A DNA stretch of 64,000 nucleotides from Macrostomum hystrix (Eukaryota > Animalia > Platyhelminthes): assembly GCA_950097015.1 (NCBI GenBank), contig CATNEN010000008.1, forward strand, positions 3,286,001 to 3,350,000, given 5' to 3'. Made by a program: the position numbers and the translations under genes. The notes below the pieces were generated by a model. It was given only the letters and a program-made list of their open reading frames with translations. It had not been told where the DNA came from and made no database searches. Positions 1-10,046 of the stretch are shown here, piece after piece. Within the stretch, counting starts at the first letter, position 1. Every line of letters begins with the position of its first letter.

Positions 1-600
1 ACTACCGGTTAGGGGGCTACCAGTTGAGAACTACCCATTAGGAAACTACCCGTTAGGAAACTACCGGTAAGGAAGCTACGGGTTAGGAAACGACCGGTTA
101 GGAAACTACCAGTTAGGAAGCTACCAGTTTCGAAGCTACCAGTTTCGAAGCTACCAGTTTCGAAGCTACCAGTTTCCTAAACTACCTGCTAGGGGGCTAC
201 CAGTTAGGAAACAACCGGTTAGGGGGCTACCAGTTAGGAAACTACCGGTTAGGAAACTACCAGTTAGGAAACTACCGGTTAGGAAACTACCGGTTAGGAA
301 ACTACCAGTTAGGAAACTACCGGTCAGGAAACTACCAGTTAGGAAACTACCGGTCAGGAAACTACCAGTTAGGAAACTACCGGTCAGGAAACTACCAGTT
401 AGGAAACTACCGGTCAGGAAACTACCAGTTAGGAAACTACCGGTCAGGAAACTACCAGTTAGGAAACTACCGGTTAGGAAACTACCCGTTAGGAAACTAC
501 CGGTTAGGGGGCTACCAGTTAGGAAACTACCGGTTAGGAAACTACCAGTTAGGAAACTACCCGTTAGGAAACGACCGGTTAGGAAGCTAGCGAAAAGGAA
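1..600. repeat. 15-bp minisatellite (GGTTAGGAAACTACC and variants), runs off the window start
   Basis: Tandem 15-mers visible directly; they produce the LTGSF pentapeptide-repeat ORF 166..627. Lies about 70 bp downstream of the GTF2H1 stop. Confidence 0.95.
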
Positions 601-668
601 AGAGCTGATATATATTATATATACCACACTAACTGTTCAAAAAACCGCGACCTACAGCTGACTATTGT

Positions 669-3291
669 TCATCGTTTTGGCTGTCGCTTATTAAGCCATT
701 GGTCGTGCTTGGCGTAGGCGGTGTCTAACAAGACGCGCAGGTGTCTGATCGCCTCCGGTCTCCGCTGGCCCAACGGCTGCACCCGATCCGAGTCCAGCTT
801 GGCCAGCGCAGCCCGCACTCGGGTTAGCTTGGCCTCCAGGGCAGCGCTGCTGACTGGGAAACAGGCCCAGTAGTGGCGCAGCAGCTCAGTGAGGGGTCTG
901 GCCAGCTCCCGGACCTCCTCCGCTTCCGAATCCTGCTGACGAGCGGCCGCTAGTCGACGGCTAACAACGCCAGACAGTCGGCCGCCAACCGAGAGATCTC
1001 GCAGCGCCTCCACCGCCTCCTCCTGGGTGCAGGCCGATGAAAGGCGAAGGTCCGACCAGGCGTCCAGATGGGCGAGGCTGCGAGAGCTCGCGCGGGACAT
1101 CTGCGAATGCGGGTGCCGGACTAAGGCTGATCAGGAATGGGTGTGGGGCTAAGGCTGATCAGGAATGGGTGTGAGGCTAGGGCTGATCAGGAATGGGTGT
1201 GGGGCTAAGGCTGATCAGGAATGGGTGTGAGGCTAAGGCTGATCAGGAATGGGTGTGAGGCTAAGGCTGATCAGGAATGGGTGTGAGGCTAAGGCTGATC
1301 AGGAATGGGTGTGAGGCTAAGGCTGATCAGGAATGGGTGTGAGGCTAAGGCTGATCAGGAATGGGTGTGAGGCTAAGGCTGATCAGGAATGGGTGTGAGG
1401 CTAAGGCTGATCAGGAATGGGTGTGGGGCTAAGGCTGACACACCTGAGATTCAGGCAGGCGAGCAGGCGGAGCACCAGAACCACCCCCACCGACGTCGTC
1501 AGCGCCCGCTTGCGCGGCAGGGCCGAACAGATATCGCTCGATTCGCTCCAAAGCCAGCGCATCCGCCGCCGCCGCGTCAGTTGAGTCGCCGTCGACAAAA
1601 TCTTCGCCACCGCCAGCGTCGCCCAGATCGTCGAATCTCGTGAGCTCGCGCAGTTTGCGCCTCTTACTGGCCAACTGACCGTCTGCGGCGCTATCGTCTC
1701 CGCCGTTAGTCGCCGACGTAGTGCCATTGGCGCCGTTTGCAGTGGAGGAGGAAGCGGCGGCTGCCGCAGCTGCTGGCTCAGACTGCAGCACCATGAGCGA
1801 GTGCTGATTGCATCGCCGAATCAGCTGCTGGCCGGCGCCCAGCGGACCGCCGGTTGACGAAGAAGGGCCGAGGATGGCGCCAGTTGAAGCAGGCTCTTCG
1901 TCGCGGTACGTGTCGGCATCGGCTAGGCGGGTGAGGTCCAGGAACACGTCAGGGGTGATGCGCTCCATGACCTGACGAAACGCAGCCTCGTCTTCGGCGG
2001 CGCAGTCGGCGAACACCTCGTCTCGGGCAACGTGCAGCCGGTCTCGGTGGAAATAGTGGCTCTGGAAGAAGCGCAGCCAGAACTCCTGCTCCGAGACAGT
2101 CTGCGGCACCAGCTGGGCGTGCTTCCGGCGCACAGCCGGGTAGGTCGCGAAGATGGCCTGGATGATATCGGCTGTCAGGCTGTACTTGAAGCCGCCACCC
2201 TGCGACACGGGCTTGATGGCGGAGAGGAAGTCGGCGCTAACTCCGGCTCGCTGCTGAATTGACGAGGATGAAGAAGGCGCAGAGGAGGAAGCTGAGGACG
2301 CTGGCGGCTGCTGTTGCTGCCTGTAGTTAATAATAATAACATAATAACATTAATAATTGCAGGAGAACTGCGAGCAATGGCACATCATTTAGTGAAACTA
2401 GACCCGCAGCCAGCGAGGAGGCAATTCTGCCCATTCTGCTGACTCCTGTGCAGACACTCGCACAGATACCGTACGCAGGCATACGCTTACACAGGTGTGT
2501 ACATCTGCTTTGACTTTCTCATCGTCAGGCAGTGTACACTTTCACTGTGCCTTGAAGTTTGGCACTTAATGGCGTAAATTGCATGACAAGCCCCCAAGCC
2601 TTCTCTCCGCGGCTGAGCCCCAAGTCAGTGAGGCCTCGCCGTCGAGCTCAGGGACCTTGGAGCGTGAGGCAAACGCGTTAACCACTCTGCCACTGACCCC
2701 TCTGCCTGCAGTTTAGGCGGAACGGAGGCGACACGCGCATGCCCAAGATGTCAATGCTTAATTCCCTGGTGATTCAGATATAGAATTTTTCAATTTTGAG
2801 TAAACATGTAGACGCACTCACTTAGGCTCGGCCGGGTGCTGGTATGTGGCCCAGAACTCATCGGCAGTCACTATGCCGCTGGGCACAAGGTCTTTGTAGA
2901 GCTGCAGCAGCTCAGGATTGCGCTCAAGCAGGCTAGTTTTGCCTTCGAATTCGGCGAATAGATTCTGCCGAAATCTGGGCAACAATTGCATTAGCAGCTC
3001 CTTGACAGCCTCCCGGTCCTTCAGCTGGTGCTCGTGACCGCCGGGGTTGCTGAACAGAAACGTCTCCTTGGCTCCGGAGTGCAGCTCAAGCTGCAGCTGC
3101 ACCTTTTCCTTCTTCATCGGTGACACCAGCTGAGCCTTCACATCCTGGTAGGCAACGGTGAGCTTGAGCAGGTCGCTGCGCTGGTTGGACCAGCCGACCC
3201 GAGTGGCCATCAAGTACAGAGTGCCCTGAGCAGTCTTGTAGCGGACGTGCTCAACACTCAGAAGGATCTCTTCGCCACCGCTGGACGACAT
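669..3291 (-). CDS. GTF2H1: General transcription factor IIH subunit 1 (TFIIH p62/Tfb1), 3 exons, about 592 aa
   Basis: Exons 3291-2822, 2320-1444, 1100-669 with GT/AG ends, phases 2/0, total 1779 nt. N-terminal PH domain (VRYKTAQGTLYLM, KEKVQLQLELH), BSD domains (LYKDLV..IVTADEFW; IFATYPAVRRKH..SEQEFWLRFFQSHYFH) and C-terminal LRHYWACFP match p62. Confidence 0.93.
1121..1440. repeat. 28-bp minisatellite filling GTF2H1 intron 2
   Basis: About 11 copies of CTAAGGCTGATCAGGAATGGGTGTGAGG; period 28 measured at 1121/1149. Confidence 0.95.
2326..2700 (-). mobile_element. tRNA-derived SINE family A, copy 1
   Basis: Minus-strand head GGGGTCAGTGGCAGAGTGGTTAACGCG (A box) with a degenerate B box and a (TTA)n tail. 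Homologous copies at ~21697, ~45770 and ~47771. Confidence 0.8.
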
Positions 3292-5176
3292 GGCGAGTGT
3301 GAGCACTAGCTAGCAGGCTCTTCCAGCTGCTCAGCCAGGTAGGACAGCCCCACTCCGCAGTGCTCAGACGTTGCCCAGACTGCAAGCTGCTACTAAGAAC
3401 TCTGTATTACACTTTAGAAAGCCTCAAAGACTTGCTGAGCTTTTCAAGTCTGAAATTTATTTAATTAAGTTAGGAGTTACTTGAGAGCTAAAATAAATTT
3501 CCAAAAACCAACCTGCTCCAATTGATCTATTAAAGATTTGTCTTAAACTCTTTAATAGCCTATATGTATTGAAAAACAAGTAGATTTTGACAGATATAAA
3601 TAAATAATAAAACAATATAAAACAATGGCTACATCAAATCTGCTGTTTGTTTTAAAAAATTAAGTCAAGAAATTTATAAACTTGGTAATATGCTCATAAA
3701 AGCTAAGTCTAGCAATTAAATGACTTGAAAGAGAAAAATTGATATATCATTAATAATTATATTGGCACATTACCTTTGACATGGTTTTCACACTTTGGTC
3801 ATATGAACCACACATTAGAGCCTTGACAGAAAAATATCAAGTTGGCACACAAAAGAAGGTACTTAAATAGGCAAGATTGTCCTAAATAAAAAAGCATAGA
3901 AAACTCCTAAGGTCTATCTAAATAGGCTTCTTATTTTCTGTTTTATCCATGATAGCTGATTAAAACATTGACCTAAAACCTAAATTATAATAATATTAGA
4001 TTTACAATCTTAGACAATTAGATTAAATTGTTACAGGTCGATAACATATAGTCTACAATGGGATAGTTTTTGAGATAGATGTGAGTTTTGTAGGGTCTAG
4101 GACAGGAGGTCAAGTCTTAAACTAACTAAAGTGTATTTTAAGATATATTTATCCATTTCTCTAATTCTCTGACTTGGTTTCCATTTGCTTTTTCTCCAAA
4201 TTAACACTAAAGGGTGGTCTGAAACTAAGTCAGAATTGAAGTTATTTAATGTAAACTATAAAATATAATAATCACATTTAGCTATTAATTGGGGCCTACT
4301 AAGTTACAGGCAACAAAAGAGAGGAGCACACCGACATGGCGAAATCTTGTTATATATAAATATTAATAATAATAGTCATTGACATTTAGAGCATAGCCAT
4401 AGGAAAACTGAAAGGGCAAAGCTGCAACCTATTTAATTGAACTGAATTGGCTAAGGGCCAGGGCGACAATTAAAAAAATAAACTATTCTCTTTTAGAAAT
4501 TTAAATTGAGTACAACAAAATGATTTGTACTGTAAAAGTTGTTAAAGCTATTTTAACAGAACAAATGAACTAGGCCTGGGACTTAAAAAGTATATTCCTG
4601 ACCAAAGTTCATATCGCAATATTAATCATGACTGAACAAAATAAAAACCTAACAACAAAAAAGGTTTTTACTATTGCATACTTATTTGACATTCGACGAC
4701 AGGCGACATGGCACGCTTGGAAAATATATGCGTTTTACAATGGTACTATAATGGCATGTAAAGTTTAACCTTAAACTATATGCCAAATAACTAACTACAG
4801 CAAACTATTGGGGATTGCAACTAAACATTTAAACGAAATGCATAATCAGTTTCTTTTTAGCAATATAAAAAGGCAACGGCTTAAATTTAAATGTAAAAGT
4901 TGTATTTTCGATCAAGGAAATTTTATAATTCGATTTTATAATTCGAAACGATTTTAAATATATAGTTTTGTAGTGCAAGCGTTTGTTTTACTTTGCGCAT
5001 ATTTACCTAAGACCATTCTGTTATTTTTCATGGTGACTTTCATTGCGAACCTCACTCCACAGAAGGAAAGAAGAAAAATGACAAGTAATAATAGCTCATT
5101 ACGACTTGAGTAACGTATATTTTTAACGTAGTCCTCGTTAAGCTTTTGCTTGTTTGTGCGTCCTGTTTTTTTCAAT

Positions 5177-5424
5177 GGAAGTGGCTATTCGTACGGCAGT
5201 CCGGAAATATAAAATCCAATAATTCACCATGAGGAAGCTTGCCGCGGGTTGGCGAACACGTATAATTTTATCATCTAACCGTGCAGAAAATTATCAAACA
5301 GTTTTATTCATAAGGAAAATCTACAAGCATCGCAGTTTACATTTTATATTTGTTATATCTCATTTCATCATTTCTTGTAAATGCACTACAAGATAGGAGA
5401 TTCTGCCGTAGAATAGCCACTACC
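5177..5424. mobile_element. MULE/Mutator-type MITE (248 bp)
   Basis: TIRs GGAAGTGGCTATTCGTACGGCAG / CTGCCGTAGAATAGCCACTACC; 9-bp TSD TTTTTCAAT at 5168-5176 and 5425-5433. Confidence 0.8.
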
Positions 5425-5559
5425 TTTTTCAATGCCTGTCATAATACAAAAAATCTAAACTCCGTGGGAAGCGTGTGCAAGTACTTTAGATTATGTTGAC
5501 TGATCTGAAATCACTTCACTCGATATTGCTGATCATCCTCACATGGCAAAAATCGTCTT

Positions 5560-8500
5560 CCCAGTGAACAGCTTGATCTCGATTCGACATCGAATCGTTA
5601 TCTCGATTCGACATCGCAGGAGTTTCCGGTACTTCGACATCGATTGGTGATAAAAATTCGAGGTGGAATCGATATCGATTTCAGCTCGATTCGATGTGGA
5701 TTCGCGGTGGATTTAATGTTTCTGTAATATCTTACAGATTATTGCACGTTGAAGTGACACTGCTTTTCGCAGCAGATCATACGGAAATGACCATTGCTAA
5801 GCATACATTTTAGCCAATTGCCCCAACTTGGAAACAATGCACCCAGCTCAGTCACTCGGCTAAAATCAAAATAAGTAAGTGACAAAATTCATGGCATGGT
5901 TCATGACAAAATTCATACTTAACCTCACAGAAAATTAGGTAAAGGCCTCACAAACTTATATTTACAGCTTGCATCGTATTTTGCATGATCGCGACAGAAA
6001 GCGTGAATCGAAATACTGAACCCCCTTTTAATTTTCCAAAACTATTGAAATTAATTATTTGAAAACCGTATGTCCAGAAGTATATCCCTATTTAGTCCTT
6101 AAATTTTACATTACAGCGTCAGCGCTTGCAAGCAATCCAAAGTCCAAACAGCAAGCTTAAATGTTTGGACCAATTTGACTGAATTGCTTAATTTAGTTGC
6201 AGTGTTAGGAGTATGATGTCAACAAGAATTTAAGCATGTTAAGGCGCGGTGCCAGAGAAGAACTGGACTGGGAAAACCAATATGGGAACCGAAAGGCACA
6301 TCCCAACGGAATATAATTCTACATTACATATGGTATTGAACACAAAGATCTTAGATTCTTAGCATGACCAAATATATATAAAAAATAGCGGAGCAGTCTG
6401 CAACGGCCTAATTCAGTCTCGGGCGCTTCCTCGACCCAACGTCCTGAAGAAAGCGGCCAATGCGGTTTTCTATCTCGGTGTACGATACTGAGTCGTTGGA
6501 CATGGCATCTGGAAGGATCACAAAGTTAGAGTATAAAACACAAATTTTTCTATTAAAGAAACATTAATTCTTTAGTAGCTGCTTCTTTAGATTCTATATG
6601 TGAACTGCATAAAATGCTTAATATGTGAAAAGCTTGAGCTCTTTGTACTTTGCATCAGAATAACGTTTACTAGTAATTAACACTGATATACATTGATGAA
6701 ACCTATTTAAATTTCAACTATCAATTTATATAAATCTCTACTCTATAATATAAAGTGTTTTAATATAAAAAGAAGATTCTATCTTTATTTTCACATTGAA
6801 TTATTAGATAAAACAAGAAGATAAGAAAGTATTGACTAAATGTTGAAAACAATTATTTTATAATAAGTAATGCAAAGCATAGCTTATAATTATACTATGC
6901 CCATTTTTCTTATAAAAGGAAAATTTTTAGATGTAGAAATGATTTACTCATGGCATATGGCATCTAATGCCTTTTAGTTTCCATAAATAATGATTAATAT
7001 CTTCAAACTATGAATGATCCATTTGAATTTGAGTATTATCTTCAAGAATACCTAATATAGGTATATGTACTATATGCTACCTTAAAAAATAAATAATGGC
7101 TAAGGCAATGAAAAAGGCTAAATGTTTATAATCATATTTATATATCAATAGTTTTGAAAAGCCTACTTTGTAGTCATAAATAGACCTATCTATAAATGCC
7201 TAATACTAGTAAAAAGTAGTTATATTTAGTATTTACATTTTATAGTATAATAAACAATACTTATATTATATTTTAAGTTACTTAGTCAATTTAGTTAATA
7301 TAACTTGGCATTTGAGTAATAGAAGTATTAGTAGGCCTAATTATAGTAATAGGCCTAGGGCTAGTTGTAATAGTACTAACTAGCAAAAATGCTAAATTAT
7401 ATGAATTCATTGATTCATCATTGTACTAAGTAGACATTCCAATTCCAAATACATTTATCAAACATAGACTAGACCTAAAGGCATACAATACCCATGTTTT
7501 AATTTTAGGTTTGAATCTATGAATTACAAACATTGAACCTTGGGGAAAATTGTCTTAACTAACTTTTCAAACAGGCATTAGTCATGGCATAACCACAATG
7601 CATAACTTTTAACATTAAGCATGAGAATGTAAGATTGCATGAGGCACAATTTCAAATCAGTTTCGAATTAATGATTAAATTGAAAAGCATAAACTGGCTA
7701 CTATAGTAGCCTATATAACAGTGTCTGTGTCAGTTTAAATACTAGGCCTATCAGTACTAAGCCTAATCTACTGACACTGAGCCCAGGAAAAAGTAACTTA
7801 AAAAATGTGCAGACATCATGCCAGGCCTAGGGTCTATGTAGTTGGTAAATCGTTGCATCTGCGACTGCCAAGTCAAGTGCAATTGACAAAAAATACCATT
7901 TAAGAGATTAAATTAATAGACAGCATATTGCATAACATAGTCATAGCTCATAGGGTGTGGCAAAATAACACACAAGAAACGATCAAGACAAGAATCGATT
8001 TGTGCACGATTTAGAACCCTGAAGACGAAAGCATATTACACCTGCTGATTTGTTTGCTTAATAGTCAAGCATGTATTATTATTTATATAACATACAATTA
8101 AAATATACTCAGAGTGATAACTGAATACAATAAACGCTGCAATTCGAAAATAGAAAGAAATAGCCACTTGAAAATGTAAGCATACTTTAGTCAAAAACAT
8201 TGTATTGCTCATTATTTCCGCGTCAAACAAATATACACTGCCAAATGCATCTAAAGTAATCTCACAGGATGCATGCGGGCTGCAATAGTCTACATTTAAT
8301 TTTTGTTTTCCATCGATTTGACAATGTATCAATGATAATAAAATCGCATCTGAATTTAAAATTTTTATGTGTTCACCTCGATTTTATATACAAAATGGTA
8401 AGTTAAAATCGACGTCGATTTTTTGGGATTAGTTTCGATTACAATTCGACATCACTATATTTTGTTGATCTCTAATAAGACAATATAACAATTGATTTTC

Positions 8501-8610
8501 ACAATGTTTGGGTGCAATCTAACTGTGAATTCCAGTTGCTGCTACAAAAAAATGATTTCGAGGTGGTGTTGTCGATTCGAGCTCGAATCGACGTCGGGCT
8601 GTTCACCGGG
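5560..8610. mobile_element. CMC/EnSpm-like non-autonomous DNA transposon (~3.05 kb)
   Basis: Imperfect TIRs CCCAGTGAACAGCTTGATCTCGATTCGACATCGAATCG vs CCCGGTGAACAGCCCGACGTCGATTCGAGCTCGAATCG (reverse complement of right end); 2-bp TT TSD; subterminal TCGATTCGA repeats; AT-rich interior without a transposase ORF. Confidence 0.75.
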
Positions 8611-8840
8611 TTGCTTTGCCTTAGCTTTGCTGCACCTAATATAAAGTAAGCTACGCATGAAGTTGAGACGAACTGTGCGATGCATGTGCGATGTGCGATG
8701 CTAAACTATGAGCCTATGCCCATTCGCTCGCATGTAGCTGCGACTATAGCTCGAGTATCGAGATCGTCTTTAATAAGATCGTGGCATCGGTTGCAAAGTG
8801 CATACTGGCTGACTGAACTGTAAAGCTGTACAGACGGTCG

Positions 8841-9140
8841 TCTCATGAACAGAACGACTCATGACAGAACGAACTGAACGACTCATGACAGAACAAACAG
8901 AACGACTTATATCAGAACGAACTGAACGACTCATGACAGAACAAACAGAACGACTTATATCAGAACGAACTGAACGACTCATGACAGAACGAACTAAACG
9001 ACTCATGACAGAAAAAAACAGAACGAATCATGACAGTCTCTTAGGCGGAGGTCTGCGCCTAGTCAACTTGTTGAAATCAACAAGCACAAAAACTACCCTC
9101 CACAGAACGAACAGAACGATTCATGACAGACCATGACAGA
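8841..9140. repeat. Degenerate ~24-bp tandem repeat (ATGACAGAACGAACTGAACGACTC)
   Basis: Visible tandem copies; they explain the repetitive ORFs 8770..9006 and 8861..9136. Confidence 0.85.
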
Positions 9141-10046
9141 CCATCCGCTACCACCCGATAAACACTACTGTGTTGCTGGCTGCCCCATTAATATCCCTTT
9201 ATATGAATTTCTGTTAGGGTAAAACACTTAAGCCATTGGAATCGCAAACTTGAGCAAATTTCTTGAACTGGCTGTAAGTTGATGATTAACGACCTGCTCT
9301 GTGGGAGATCAGCCATTGGCCAGCAAGTCTGCGAGCCTATTCTAATTTATTTGGGATTTGGGAGCGACTTTTGAACTGATCCCAAATATTTCCACCCATC
9401 CGATCAGACCAAATGAAAAGTGCATGCCAAGATATTAGTGCGAATCAATCGATCAATTATGAAATGAATCATTTCACCGGAAGCTTGAGAAATATTAGTA
9501 GATGCATTAGCTTCGAGAACTCGCATTGATGTTCAGTATGTCAATTCTAAAATACTTTCGTTTGCGAGGCCGCAGCCAACTAGATTCAGCGTAGATTGGC
9601 TGGCCGATCTCAACTCACTGCGTCAAACGATTGTTGAAATTTGCTTTATTTTTCTCAATTCTGGTGCGCAAACCGGTCAAGAACGGCGCTTTTAATGTTG
9701 CTGATCCTTGTCCTTCACATGTTCGATTTTCACTTGTTCTCTCAAGAGTTCCAATCAGTTCCTTTTAAACAGCATTCCTGCAAGCTTATAACTAAACCAA
9801 GCAAGTTAGCAAAGTGAAGAAGTGGTAACGCGTTCGACACTTAATTTTGCCACTGTAACAGAGCGACACTCTAAACACAAAGCGGCACATCAATGCCCAA
9901 CTGTAGTGTTAATTTCCTAGACTAAGTAGCTTCTTTCTTACCGAAAATTTACAAATATGCCCCTAAATATACATTTAACAGTACAAAGACCACTCTATTT
10001 TTCCCCCTAGGGAAAGACTATAGCATATTGTTCTGTAAAAGCCTCT

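Noticed and set aside
166-627. LTGSF-repeat ORF resembling a pentapeptide-repeat protein
   Set aside because: A direct translation of a 15-bp minisatellite in the GTF2H1 downstream region, with no unique domain.
2490-2545. CTGACGA..GAAA in SINE A suggesting a hammerhead ribozyme
   Set aside because: The surrounding sequence pairs as one long hairpin; stems II and III and the NUH site of a hammerhead could not be assembled.
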